A DNA stretch of 64,000 bases from Lingula anatina (GCA_051362555.1 CM120645.1:11532001-11596000); one strand, 5' to 3'; positions 1-14,381 are shown, counted from the first letter of the stretch. Notes: generated from the sequence alone by a model not told the origin. Numbers and translations: made by a program.

Positions 1-484
1 ACTTAGCTTTGACTATTTTTGACAAAGAGAATAATTTAAAATCCATACATCACGTTTATACTGCTAAATATGTCATGCCAACAGATAATTTTTGGGTGCC
101 TTCAACTATGCCAAGTTCCAGGAAATATTAAGTGGGAATCCCATTGGGTGAGAAAATTGAACAGTTCGGTCATTTGATAATAATTACAGTCAGTGTGTGC
201 AGTAATCCAGTGAATTGATATATACCGTTGTCCAAAGGTCTGTTGTCGGAATGTGTACTGACATGGCAATACCAACTGTAGAAAGTAATAGTAACAAAAA
301 TAAAAAAAATTCTTTGGAGCATTCAAGTATCCTGCTGATATCAGATTATCAAAAGAGTTATTATATTTGTTATTTATTTGTTTGTTTGTTTATGTAACAT
401 TGTGTACAGTTCTGTACATGTTAGATGAATTCACTCTGTTTTTGTAGTTAGCTGTCAGTAAGTATTCAGACATAAGTTTAAAAT

Positions 485-685
485 GTGTGATGTCATATCT
501 TGTGATTTTGATGTCACAATATTGCCAGTGCCTACAGTGTGATGTCACATCTTGTTTCTGTGATGTCACAATATTGCCAGTGCCTACAGTGTGATGTCAC
601 ATCTTGTTTCTGTGATGTCACAATATTGCCAGTGCCTACAGTGTGATGTCACATCTTGTTTCTGTGATGTCACAATATTGCCAAT
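485..685. repeat. 52-bp tandem repeat, about 4 copies
   Basis: Unit gatgtcacatcttgtttctgtgatgtcacaatattgccagtgcctacagtgt; period 52 (541, 593, 645). Confidence 0.9.
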
Positions 686-1045
686 GTCTGTTGAGAGACA
701 TCATTTTTACTAGCCCTTCTAATGTGTTGTGTCAAAGACATTGACAGTTTTGTAAATATGTCACATGCTTGTGTTTTTTGTACAGGCATTGTATTGTCTG
801 TATGATTTGTAAGTAGTTCATATGTTGTACATAGACCTCTCAAAGGCTGTGTGAAGGGGGAAAATGCACCTTGTGATATTTGAATTTAAACTATATTTTG
901 ATATTGATTTAAAATGTGTAATTTATTTTGACATGTGAATAATATCAAGGAATTTTCAAACAGTGTTCTGTGTTAATTTCATTATCCTTGGCACAATCAG
1001 TGCTTCAATTTTTAAAACAAGAATGGAGACAACCACAGAATGGTG

Positions 1046-1050
<5 letters not shown>

Positions 1051-1093
<43 letters not shown>
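1051..1093. repeat. (AG)n microsatellite
   Basis: Pure AG run. Similar runs at 4018-4056, 9428-9490 (CT/CA), 41550-41610 and 59968-60009. Confidence 0.95.
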
Positions 1094-1096
<3 letters not shown>

Positions 1097-4035
1097 TACA
1101 TTAAAGAAGGGGGGGGTTAGGATTTGGGGGGAAAAAGCAAGGAAATATTTAGAAAAGTAGTTTCACAAGGCCATACACCACAGCTTAATTGATGTCTGAA
1201 GGGTCTAGAATGATCCTAGTAATCTGCAGAAATGTGATACTAATGCTGAATGTGTGTTGGGATATTCAATTTAAAGTTTTGTAATTGTGTTAGGTCTACC
1301 CTGAGATGGGTTAAAAGTGACAGCAATGTGTCATTGGCACTCCATAACTGCAGTCTGATTGATGAGAGGCATACAAGTTATGGTTGAAAAACTCTTGTTA
1401 TGTCACTCATAGGGTTCCTTGGCTGGAAATGTTTTAAGACATATATATTTATTCCTCTTCAAAATAAGTGGAAAATTAAGTGAAAAGATACATTTTTCAC
1501 TATGTTGACAATTACGTCATGAACATAGTGGCGATAGGGAGTCACCCAAATGACCTGTTATGAGTACGTCGATCGCAAACCGCGTGTAGGTACGAATAGA
1601 GCACAGTTGGAAATGATGTAATTATTAAAGGTGTTAAAAGAAACAGGCTGTGGATATTTATCAGTCTTTGTTGTCCAAGCTCATGTTCTGCTCTGCTTGC
1701 TCATCTAAGACTTTTAACATTGACGAAATCTCTCATTTGCTTTCACCCACAAACCACCAGGTGAATGGAGAAAAAAATGAACAAAGTCAAAGTCACCAAA
1801 AAGATCAATTGCTCTGTTGCTAGAAATATGGTGCTATTATTATCCCAGAAACAAATACATAAAAGCATATATTTATGTCACACAGTGTTAAAGCAATTCA
1901 AGGAGAACAGCATTTTTCCCTCCCCCCCCCCCACCTTTTTTTTGCATTAAAAGACTCCAATTACCCCACATCCAGAGTAGATCATGTTAGAGATATGCTT
2001 GTTTTTCTTGCCAAGACAGAGAAAGAGAGTGGGAACAGGAAACGTGTGGGTGTGAGAGATGGTGATTACCCCTGTGGGCGAGCAAGGTGTTTCCAGTGAT
2101 TACTGCCTCAATCATTTGCCTTGCATTTCTGTCTATTATCTCTGCGTGTGGTCACACACACACACACACACTCCCCCGCGCACATGCACACATACTTTTG
2201 AATGTTTCTGAATGCTGTTAGACTTAATTATCCCTCCTCTGAAAATGATTTGTTTACCAATGACAGTTTTTTTTCGCTTCTGTGTCTCCACATTATATAC
2301 AAATGTTCATTTATCAAGATTTTCTTAAACAACAATATTTTATCTTTATGGACAACATCAACAGTATCTTATCTTTATAGCTTCAAAAAATCAAGTCCAT
2401 GTTTCTCATAATATTAGTCAAACAGGTGATTAGTAAAAAATAAAAGGTAAATAAAACATAGTGAAGGTAAATCATTATGCAGTCATTCTGTGGAGATGGC
2501 TAGCATAAATGAAATTATCTTCTAAAGTCTAAGAAGATTGTTTCAGAATATCTGTGGGTGTAATGCATCTTCTTGTGACAATTGGAGGTCAAAACGCCTC
2601 TTTAATTATCCTTACTCAAAGGAGATCCCAGGTAAAATGTCAATGTGTCACCCTGTTGACTTTTAATTAATGTAAGGCTTGTTTTTATACCCTTTATAAC
2701 TTAATGATGTCCTCGAGGATTGCTGGCTGGGGTTTCTTGGAAAGGGTAATCTTTCAACAGGTATTATTTCTGCACTTGGAATTGTTACAGCTCATTGGTG
2801 TCCTTACCATGGCGCTGTTGTTTGTGATCTAAATTGTTTTTGTAAATCATGTAAGTGATTAAAAAAAAACGAAAAAAAAAACATTTATATGATTTAAATT
2901 TTTTTTTTATCTCAGCACATTAATATGGTTCTGTTATCAATTTAAGATAAATCGTGTGGATGTCCCACATATATTGATGGACATATATATATGGCTTTTA
3001 CACTACTTTAGAAAATTGAAGGACGATTCCGTGGCTTTATGGGCTTCGTTATTTATCTAGTGATATCACCAAGAATGTGATAAATGGACTTATGATAGAC
3101 AGTGAAAAGGTAAAATTGGTTTATCTGGCATAAAAAGGTTGTGCATGGACTTGAATATCATTTCTTAGAATGCCTTAACTTAATTTTGAGTAAAGAAATT
3201 GTTTTTAAAAGAGGTTTCGCTGCTTCCCTTAGCTTTATATACTAGGTGATGTTTATAAAAGGCATTTTTATCCTAAAATTGGACAAAAGCATAAAGGATA
3301 AGAAGAGAGGGCTCTACCAGTCAGTGCGTAAGCAGGGTCTGTACACTCACACTGTGTAGTCTATCTATCTGGAATTATTGATTCCCTCTCACCTGTAGAA
3401 ATCTATACTCCCAAAACAAATATTATGTCAACTATTCTGTAGTCTTCATTTTGCCTCATTTATTGTAAGTGGGAATGATATTGTGTAGAGATGCATTTGT
3501 AAACTTAAGACCTGATGATTGAAGTGTTTGTGTATGTGAGTGTGAGAGAGAGAGAGAGAGGACAAATCATAGGTAAATGACACTGTATAATAGTCAAATT
3601 TTAATTTGTCATTTTCAGAGGTCCAAATCATGTACGGTCAATATATTTAAAGTTGAATACAGTCAAAACATTTTTCTTTTACTTTTCTTTCAAAATATTT
3701 CATCAGAATAATGCTGACACAATTAAGTGTATGTATCTAAGTTTTTTTTTTACTTTTAACAACTAGATACATTATAAACAAAGACTCAAATATTTCAAAC
3801 ACTCAAATATCAGGCAAAAACTAATTAACAGTCATTCAGAAGAAAATACCAAAAAGCTGAAAACAAATTATTAGTTGTAAAGATGAACTGGGTGTGCACA
3901 AAGCCTGGTGGGAGAGTGGTTGATCAGTTGAGACTCCTGGGAGACCCCGAGTTCCCAGAACTGTTCTCAGTAATAATAATACCCAGCATCTCCTGCAAAT
4001 TATCAGGACCTTGTGCAAACATTGATTCCAGTTTT

Positions 4036-4070
<35 letters not shown>

Positions 4071-7000
4071 GAGGGAGGGGGGGGGAGATGAGGAAAGAGA
4101 GAGAGAGAGGAGGGAGAAAGTAGAAGGGGTGTGTATGGCCCTATCCATTTGTGGTTTTATTGACACTTGTGGTTTTATTGTGGTTTTATTGAAATGGTTT
4201 ATGTTGAATATGATAATTTATTTAAAGATTGGGTATGCACAATTTATTTCATACAATTTGATTTGAGACATTTGGATTTGAGACATTTTGATAATTTTGT
4301 ATGTACAGATTCAAACAGTCACCATCTGCAGCATCTGAAAACATATCTGGGAAAAGTCACTGTTGTCCAGAAAAACTCTTCCAAAGTAGTTTAGATAAAT
4401 GGCAAAAGAAAAGAATCCCATTCAGACCAAAAGCTTTTTTTTTCACAAACATTCTGATTGTTGTCAAAAAGACCTAGAGCACCATCTAAATCTACCTATG
4501 ATTTTTAATGTCCTCATAGTCCAGCCCAGCAGTCGACCACCCCCACATGGTTAAACCACTTCACCCACCCACCCACCTCCCACTCCCACCTACTGCTGGG
4601 CTGGTGACTCCAGTCTCCATGGTTACCACAACCAACCTCTACCGTGAAACAAAATGCTACAGATCCTTTTTCAGTTTTACAGACTGAACGGACTACAAGC
4701 TCTTCTCTTAAAGGCTGAGAGGCCTGCTACATATTACATGGCAGATCAATAATCCAGTCCTGCTTTAGTCGAGCCACTGCTTCCACCGACCAATATTCTG
4801 TATTGAGCTGTGTGCTAGGCAAGGCTGGTGAATTATTAATGCACCAAATATCAATGTTAGGGGATATAATACTAGGGCTGAGCACAGTCTATACAGGCAC
4901 CTGTTTTGCTGGGACATCTTTAGTGTGGATGTTTGGATCCTGTGGGATTTAGGTGTACAGTAGAACAGGATCATCCATGTAGGGTATCAGTCTTGCAGAG
5001 AGGTACATGTGGCAGTGAGACATCGAGGGTTTGGGCATTGACTTTGCATCGCGAAAGGCCTGTTTGCGGTTTGCTTGACCACACCTTGAAGCATCTTTCT
5101 TCTGCGGCCAAGATTAGATCCAACATCCACTGGCTGTTAAGTCCTGTCCACTGGGAATAATAGGGCAAGCTGGTTGGGGATGTACTGGAGACGTGCATTG
5201 CATTCAAGAAGATGAGATATTGACCAACCGGGTTGGTGGCTTGCATCAGCTGCGTGATTACTGACCGGACATCGAGGGTGATTATACTGTTGGCGAGTAT
5301 TTCAAAGGTAAGATTTGCATCCGATGACAGTATTTATAGTTGCGTTTGAGCATTTAACTGTTACTGCCCAAGAGAGCTGGGAATTATTCAATGTTTCTTC
5401 CCAGAACCTCATTGATTTCTTCTTTTTTCCCATTTTCTGTTTCGTTATTTTGAGATGAGTCAGCTTGCAGAATACATGAATGATGTCGCTGAATATCATG
5501 TGAGATTGCCTTATATTTCTGGGGAAGTCTGTGGGGCCTTTGTCTGATTTGATCACAGAAAGGGTTAATATTCTGCAAATTGCATTAAAGCTGCTCTATG
5601 TATACCTTACTGTTGGAAAAGCATTGGCATAAAACATCACAGCATATACCTGCAGAAAGAGCTTTTTGTGCCCCTCTGCCCCTCCCCCCCCAACTCGACC
5701 GTTTAACACATAGTGCAGGCTCATAGCCAGGGGAATTTGGGGGGGGGGGGGGGGGAGAGAGTCAAAAAACCACCCTTTTGGAAATGTGTCTGCTCTGAAT
5801 CAATATTTGATGTAGATTCTATGAGCACACAGATTTCATCATGATAAAATATTTATTTATTTTTTATTATTATTATTTTTTGTGACAAAAAAAAACAGTT
5901 TTATTAAAAGGTTAAAACAAGCATAAAAAGAAGAAAAAAATATTTTGGTCTTGATTTCATTTGCCTAAGACGGCAGTTACAACAGATGGCATACCTTAGA
6001 AACAGGGTAAATTCATCTTGGAAATGTTGACAATTCACTTTGGCATGTCATATCCTAGAAACAACTTCTGCAACATGAGAACAGGACAAATACATAGGAT
6101 GAGTAATATTTCAGGAAACCAATGGTTGATTGGTAATAACTTTGATGCAGGGTTAGAAGTTATTAGATTTATTTTACATTCTTAGTTTATAAAAGCATAT
6201 TGTTTTTATTTAACAAGAAAAATTGTTAAAATTTTACCAATAGTGAATTGATGTTTAAAAAAATATGTTTCATAATTCAATTATAATTTTTTGTTTTTTA
6301 ATTTAATTTAATTTTGATAAATGTTCATTGTTGCTTTTTCATTTAATTAATTCCATTTTTCATTATTTATTTTTCTCACTAATAGGCATATTTGTTTTTT
6401 ATTTGATTTACATTATTCTTTTCATTTTAGACTTGTTAAATTTGGACAATTTTCATATCAGTTCTATCATATTTTCAGAAAACAGTATTTGAGGTCACCG
6501 GTCTCAAGGTTTTGACACCCCTAATATATATACACTCCATTGTTTAAAGGTGTTTAAGCAGCATCTTCTCCACATCTGCCAATACCCTCCTCCCACTACT
6601 AGCCAATTTGATCCTACTTCTATTTCCTGTGTTTGATACTCTAGCATTATTATTAGACAGTGGGTAATAATCAATGGGCCTCACAATTACCACTGCTCTC
6701 ATACGCTGTTATATAGTTTTAGGTGATTCTACTGTCAACAGGCCAGGCTTTGAAGGTATTGATCAGCATCATTACTGTTGTATACAGAGAAGCTGCCCAT
6801 CCAGACCAAAGACAATCAATGTACAGTTGCATGTGCTGGCTATTTGAGGGAGTATTTGACTGTGTGTTGAATGTTACGCAGTGGAAAAAGGAATACTATT
6901 GGTGTAACACTTTTAAGTTGGCTATTAAGAGTCGGTCATCACTGCTGAGTGGCCACTGTGTGAATCTCACGGACCAAGGAGTTAATTTTGAGTGATATTG

Positions 7001-7373
7001 TTCACTGACCTTTACAAAAAGATCGGCTAGTTTGTGAACTTGGACCTGTGAATTTTGGTGCGTCCAGATTGCAACTAAAATTTTGGAATTTTTGAAGGAT
7101 GTTTGTGAACAAAAGTTCAAGGGAAGACTAATTATAAAAGCAGGTGGTTTAAGGATAACAATTTGTCATCAGTGAAAAACTGGGAGCACAGAGAGGAGAA
7201 TTCAGTGAGCAGTATAAGCTGCAAAGTTTGCTGAAAATATCATATGAAAAAATTTAGACACCACATTAAAAGTGAGTGTCTGAGGGACGCACAACCTTGT
7301 CATTAATCCATCGAAGAAACGGCGTGTGTTTCGCCCTTTTCACATCCCAAAATTTCACTAACCGAGCGCTTTC

Positions 7374-7394
7374 ATGAAAACTCTTCCAAAATGA
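7374..7394 (+). promoter_or_regulatory. uORF MKTLPK* whose stop overlaps the synapsin tandem ATGATG
   Basis: ATG AAA ACT CTT CCA AAA TGA; the TGA occupies 7392-7394, inside ATGATG at 7391-7396. Confidence 0.5.
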
Positions 7395-7650
7395 TGAACT
7401 ATCTGAAGCGTCGCTTTAGCTCAAGCGACATCCAAGGAGATTTGACTCGAGAAGAACAGGCGGCGGCAGCGGGAATTAACTGGAACTTGAAAAAGGGACC
7501 CTCCCCAAGTGCACCGAGTTCCCCGTCAAAAGCTGGGGCTGGATTAGCGCGGGGAATATTTTCTTCCAATGCTTCCCCTTCCAGTAAACCTTACTACAAT
7601 AAGGACAGATGTAAAACCCTTCTTGTTATTGATGACCAGCACACAGACTG
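7391..7650 (+). CDS. Syn: Synapsin coding exon 1 (domains A, B, start of C)
   Basis: MMNYLKRRFSSSD contains the PKA/CaMK site-1 motif RRFS. It is followed by Ser-Pro sites PSPSAPSSPSK and CKTLLVIDDQHTDW. Donor TG|gtaag at 7650/7651. Confidence 0.96.
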
Positions 7651-9422
7651 GTAAGAATGAATGACTTCTAACTGTCATCTTTTTTTTTTCTTTTTTTTTT
7701 TTTTACGCACAGTGCTTAACAAGATGTAGGTATGTCAATTTAAATGTGTGAAATTGCTGCTGGCTCTTGCTACATTGTGGCACTCATATTTAATTTAGTA
7801 ATTGTCTGTGTAGAATAGCATTTTAACTTATTTTTTTCTGCTCTAATCCTGATGTTTTTATACCAACGAAGTGCTTATGCTAGCATATAATAACATCATG
7901 CAATCTAGCATGTACGATTTTAGCCAGAATCTCAAAATAAATTTCCCTTGAGAGAGTGGAAAGAACAAAGGTAAGTTGTCCGGATTTCATCATTTTTTTT
8001 TTTTTTAATTAATAAACAAATAAACTCAGTGGTCTAAAATAAAGTGCAAGTAGCTTCTCCAATCAACTTCTAAATTATTTTTATACATGGTACTTCAGGC
8101 ATCTTTCAGTAGGTCCACATATAGAATCATGAGTCATCAATTACCATTCTTTATTGATTAATTAATGTACAGAGTATACATGCTCTGCGGGTGTATTTAG
8201 TAGATTAAGAACTTGAGGGATATATATGAATAAATATATTCATAATTTCAACATTTTGTTTTATAGCATTATAGAAAAGTATGACAATAGGGGGCAACAT
8301 TACAATATACTCTGACTTAATATTGAAAAAAAAGGAAGATTTTTTTCATTAATTTATCATGAATGACTGACTTGACCATGAAAAGTATTATACTTACAGC
8401 ATTTTGATTAATATTCTATTAATGGTATAAGCATGCTAAAACTTATTGCTTGTTAATGCAAAATTTTGACACTGTGACAGTTCAAACTTGGCTTTTCCAA
8501 GAGTACGTCAACTACCGCTAAGTTAGCTCAAACTATGCTTCTAAATGTTTCAAAACCTTGCCCACCCTTCGATTTAGTTCTTGTTTGATATTAATTTGAT
8601 TCAACAGTTGCATTAATCATCTAATTATAGTGAACTTATGAGTGGAAAGAATTCATTTTCAAATGGGTCAAATGTGATAATGCATTATTGAATGAATTCA
8701 ATTAAGATAGAAGGACGGTGAAATATATGCACTGTAACATAATGAGCGTGATGAATAGGAGTACTTATGGAAAGTGTTGGACTTCTATGGCTAGGGCATA
8801 CTAATTATCACTAATGGGTGACCCTTGGAGACTTGGCCTTAATAGAATCTCATTTCTTTAGCTTGGTTTATTATAGCAATAAATGGGTGTATATGCAAAA
8901 TTGAAAAAGGTTGAAAATTGTGGACATCTTGACTAAAATGACATACACACTGAACCAGTAGCAACCAAGTCTTGCACAGTATCTTTTCTCCCCAACTCTG
9001 TTTTTCAAAATGATCATCCTTTCTCAGGCAACATGCTGTGTAGACACTGGCTTGATTACAATGATTATTCAAGTATGCAGCATAATGCATGTTCATATTT
9101 TTGCCTCGTGAACAAACTTACTGAAGTAGAAGACTTGTTGAGATGGATTGCTGAAGTTTCTAGGCTCTTGAGAAATATCCTCAAACAGAATCTCATCCAT
9201 TTAAAAAGGATTTTTTCACTACAATTTCTCAAACTGACTATGGCATTTAGAATGATTAAATTTTAAAATTTGTATTGGTTTATTCCTGAGTGGACCGATT
9301 TCTCAAGGAAGTCCATAGTTTTTGATGTTACTGTGTCTTGTAGAAATTGAAAGTAATAGCAATCCCTAATAATAATCCCACAACCATTGCATATCAGTTG
9401 TATTCTCTCTTTGGGATGTTTA

Positions 9423-9490
<68 letters not shown>

Positions 9491-10226
9491 ACATAATTTT
9501 AGAGTACTGATGGTCACCTAATTTATGGGTCTCTGTAGTACTTTATTTTATAATGAAATACTAATATGTCAGATTAAAGCCTTCATTTGATTAGAAAAAA
9601 AGAAATTTACACAACATTCCCATTTCTACACAAATTGCCTTTTGTCCTGTATGAATTTAATTGAAATAATGTTGAACTTCGTACTCATAGTTCAGAGACT
9701 AGATCATGATATGATTCCATGCCACAGATTACCTCCTTCTAAAGGAAATCCGTCAGATTAAATAAATCTTCCTTTCAGACTTAGAAAAAGAGAATGACAT
9801 AATCTTTAGTCAAATTACAGAATATACTCCATCCTTTCCATGGCTCGAGATCCATTTTTCTGGGCCCTAGCCCAAGCAAACTAAAAATGCATTCACACTC
9901 ACTTCTTGGACTATTGATCAGAGTCCGAGCAGCGGCTCCACGTGGCAATTTATCTCTATCCCAATGAAAAGTGTCAGGCGGGATGAAATTAAAATCAATA
10001 TTCCCTCCACCACTACCCGATGCCTCCTGTTGTTTTTATACAATAACAATCTGTAGTAGCTAAAATTCTGTGGTGCGTGTTTAGTTCCCTCTCTGAAATG
10101 TTCGTGTTTGTAAACAGCAGGGAGACTAGGAACTGTTTTTTAGCTCAAAGATTGATGTAAACGCACTGACAACTAAAAGCAGGTATCAATGTTTGAATAT
10201 GGTATAAGAGATAGAGATAATCCTAT

Positions 10227-10261
<35 letters not shown>

Positions 10262-11048
10262 TTTTACAAAAGGGGTTTGATTGCGTCTATATTTGCATAA
10301 AACTTGCCTAAAACAGTCATGTCAGATTATTAATAGCAATAGGGCCTGGATAATGTGAAGTAACAATTTGAAAATAGAAATGAGCAAACTTGTCTTGTGT
10401 TCAAAACTGTCCCAAATGATCGAAGGGTTGGGACCATTTTTTTTAAAACTTTTCAAAATAAATCAAAAAACAAGCAATGCCCATGACGGATAAAAGAGAA
10501 AACCCCATTCCATTATGTTTTCATAGTGTCATCAGCTAGTTAATGAGGTTGGGTGTGGAGGCATCTTCATTAAGATGGAATAATTACCAGTCCATTCACC
10601 TTCTATTTTTGTATGAAGTTCTGTATTAATGACTGTAGGTAATTGGTCCATTCCACATATGTGGAACTTGGCTAAAAATAAAATCATTGATCCTCTTTTG
10701 TATGTCTGACACATTTTGTTTTAGAACATGAATAATGTGAAATCATTGATAGTCTATGAATCAGGCACAATATTATCTGTCTAACCCAATATGGGACGAG
10801 AAGATCACTCATGTGATAACCAAGTATCAGATTGAGTGGGAAAGCAGCTTTCAATAATATGTCAATGTTAGCAGAGATACAGTTTTCCTGTGTGTCAGAT
10901 TGCTTTGATATGAGCAGCTGAAATCCAGTTTACCGTGACTTGATTAAGTCCCTTTATGACATGGAAAGTCAGGGCATCTTATGATCACACTAGACGAGCT
11001 ATTTATACACATACTGTGTAATCACCCTGGGTTCTTAGGAGCCTGCAT

Positions 11049-11207
11049 TCAGAACAGTGGACTAACTAGTCCGAGGGTCAAATATGGTGGACCCACTTGA
11101 TTCCTTCCACACGGGAAATCTATACAGTACCTATTAGTGGATTAGACAGCAAGCTTTTTAATGGGTTGCCATATTTGACCCTGGGACTAGTTAGTCCACT
11201 GTTCTGA
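11049..11207. mobile_element. Foldback/MITE-like inverted repeat
   Basis: tcagaacagtggactaactagtccgagggtcaaatatgg and its reverse complement (1 mismatch over about 39 bp) enclose an approximately 80-bp spacer. Confidence 0.7.
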
Positions 11208-11452
11208 CTGTGGCTTTAGTATTAATGGTTTCAGTAGATATTGTGGAATACACATTTTATACCCACAATGTATCAAATAGACTTCTTAATGGCTCTGATT
11301 GCAGTGGGAAGTGAGCATCCCACGAATAATACTGTCAGGTAGGATTGCTATCGACAATTTCAGCCATTTCGCTTTGCACCAAGAACCTGTGTAATCTGAA
11401 TACTAATAATTAAGAATTAAGTTCTCCGTTGCTAAAGCTGGGCCTTAATTTG

Positions 11453-11483
<31 letters not shown>

Positions 11484-12300
11484 GCATAATAGCTGAGATA
11501 GTTCTGTCAAGTACTGTTTATATTTATTGTATTTTTTAATCAAAGACAGTTAATTAAATGAAAATTATAGCAGACTGTAAATGTTTCTATTTTTTATATC
11601 TTTAATCTTCTTGTTTTCATTTGAATCATCTGTATGTATTTCCCAGAGGAATTTGGCTAATTATTTTTTTCAAAAGAAATGAAATTATTAGACATGCTCA
11701 GAAATTGCATGTTTACATGAAATGAAAATGCAATTTTGCGTGTAACTTCATTTACTTGTCCTAAAAATCAGGCAAAAAGGGGGTCTTAATGACATTTATT
11801 TACATAAATCTTTTGGGACTTCAAAATATCATGATGGTCATGCGCCAAGATGGTCAGTGAGTATGAGAAAGTAGTCCATAATGCCAGATAAATGAAGTAT
11901 TTCATGTGCCAAAATCGTTTTTGAGTATTGGCTCCATTTTCCATATCTGACGTAAATCATTTCCATCTGCTGGCAAAGTTTGCATGCTTAGCAGGTTTAT
12001 GAAAATTATGTACCTTTGACGGTGGTGTGATGTTGACTTACTTGGCATCCTGTGTATACTGTTATCTGGCCAATTAGTCTACAGACTCATTCCTAGTGAA
12101 ACAATCATTCTATGCAGATTGATCCAACTCTGCGGGGAAGCATTCAGACGAACATGCCAATTTTGTGAGCCAAAAATATCATTGGCTAAAGTAGCCCCTG
12201 GACTAGACTTTTTTTTCTAATTTTTTTCACTAAATGGTAGTTTCTTTCTTGATTAAGTGCACCTGCTGATACTTTGTCTCAGTGTTGTATTTGAGACTAT

Positions 12301-12515
12301 GGGCGTTTTCCCAGAGCTTTTAGATCGATCTATCCCTTCGGGGAGTCTCACTAGATTACTGTCAGATAATCCTGCTTAAATGTCCGTCCCGCCTACCACA
12401 AGCTGTAAGGGGGTAATTAACTTTCGTGCCCGCTCGGCTGACAGCTATTTAGCATGAACCCCCAGGGAGTTAGGTCGATCTAAAGTAGATCGATCTAATC
12501 TCTGGGAATGGGGTC
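12301..12515. mobile_element. Degenerate MITE with terminal inverted repeats
   Basis: gggcgttttcccagag..ttagatcgatcta at the left end; tagatcgatctaa..ctctgggaatggggtc at the right end; CpG-rich interior in CpG-poor intron. Confidence 0.6.
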
Positions 12516-14131
12516 TATATAACAATGGCAGATCAAGGGGGAGCACTTTGGACAATGGTCACTCACCTCCCCCCCCCCAATCTCCCTTAGCTTCTGACAT
12601 CTTCCTGTTTCCCCACTCCTCTCTCTCTCTTTCTCTCTCATAATAATAACAACAACAGCAACATTAATAATGATAATGATGATGTTGATGAAGATGAAAT
12701 AAATAAATTATAAAATTAAAATACGAAGTATAAAGAAAGGAAGCAAGAAAGAAAAGTATAACATGTAATTTTTCTATCCTTGTGCCAAACACATAATAGA
12801 AAAAAAGCCTAAAATTGCCCTCATCTACTATTTGTTATTATGTCCAGAGTACCCCCCCCCCCATCCACCCCTTAACAAAATCCTAAATCCACCAGTACAT
12901 AAGCAAGCTAACAAAATGATTAGCTTTTCTGTCGACAATGAGGTAATCATAATCATAATCAGATTGGGTGGAGAGATATGCCCTTCAAAGACAAACTGAT
13001 TTAACTTGAATGGGAACTCGCCTTAACTGATGCAGACACTCAATAAATCTTGGCCGCATGTGCAGAATACCAAATGGAACGATCTGCTAAGCCAGATGAG
13101 TTATCCTGTTGTAATATCTGTGATCAATAAGTTATTGAACTTCACACTAAGAACCTTATTCTAGGTGATTAAATCTGAAAAGGATTTTCCTTCACCTAAT
13201 ATCCAGTTATTTGTTTCAATAAGCCTTGACTTGGAAAAGGCGTAGACATTAGGAGCGAGACAAATGTTTCATAAAACTGGCTTCTGTTATTTCCTGCTGA
13301 TATAGATTCCTTAAGTTGCTGTAAAGTTCTGAATCATTGACAGAATTACTTCATGGATGCAGATCTAGATGAACATCGATTCCCAAAGGATAGAAATATA
13401 TTATATTTGAAAATCTGTATCGTGTTTGGATGTCATTTTGAAATAAATTTTACTGAAATGGAGCTTTTTATATTTAGAACATGGTCATCCTTCTGACATT
13501 TGCTAATTATTAAATTTTTCACTTTTTTTCTGTAAAATAATTTAATAATCAAACTGATGAGAGAAAATGTGGAATTACTGGATTTTGCTCCTATTCCCAA
13601 CTCTCACTTTCAATCAAGTGATAAACCTATACAAAAGAGATCTCTTCAGACAGTTGCCTCAATTGCCTTTGAGCCTTTGGGTAAAGCAAATTCAGATGAA
13701 CCGTCTTTAGGAATATGTATGACCATCCAAATCCTGGTGATGAATTGGTCTGTAAATGTCCATGCACACAGTGATATCAGACAAAGCTAAACTTTTCTAT
13801 CTCTTTTTCTAGTGTATTGGCAAAGTAATTTTCATGGGCATATTTTGATAAGATCTTATGAGTAGCACATCAAACAGAAAAGAGTTTTGATCATTGTTTT
13901 CATAACAATTACAATGAGTTTTAGTCTGGGTTATAGCAAGACAGCATGTTACCAAGAGGATGATTATTTATAAGGATTATGGTAATTTTATCATTTTTGC
14001 AAATGAAAGTGTGCTAGGATAAGGCCACCACTTGCAGGATCTCACATATACAAAAATCAATTTAATAAATATTCCTGAAGTGTTTAGCAAATTTTTGTTA
14101 TGCTTTCAGTCATCACCCTTTCGGCCTATAA

Positions 14132-14381
14132 GGCTTCGTTCACATGCAATGTCTATTTTCTAATTTCTATTTGCGCTATCTTATGATCACGGTCTGTGCC
14201 CTGAATATCCCGCCGCGTAATTACTGGCAGCGCGAGCCAGTTACTTATAGTAACTTATAGTAACTGGCTCGCGCTGCCAGTAATTACGCCGCGGGATATT
14301 CAGGCCACAGACCGTGATCATAAGACATACCGCAAATAGAAAATAGAATTTAGAAAATAGACATTGCATGTGAACGAAGCC
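14132..14381. mobile_element. Palindromic MITE, PIF/Harbinger (Tourist)-like, copy 1
   Basis: Termini GGCTTCGTTCACATGCAATGTCTATTTTCTAA...TTAGAAAATAGACATTGCATGTGAACGAAGCC. The element is a near-perfect 250-bp foldback flanked by a TAA target-site duplication. Confidence 0.88.

Noticed and set aside
1512-1519. CRE/C-EBP-like TTACGTCA upstream of synapsin
   Set aside because: 5.9 kb from the ATG with unknown TSS; an 8-mer like this is expected by chance.
3883-4266. 127-aa ORF with ERERER run (and similar ORFs at 9263, 26801, 34352, 41492, 43537, 59795)
   Set aside because: The open frames are created by stop-free microsatellites; no protein homology is recognisable.
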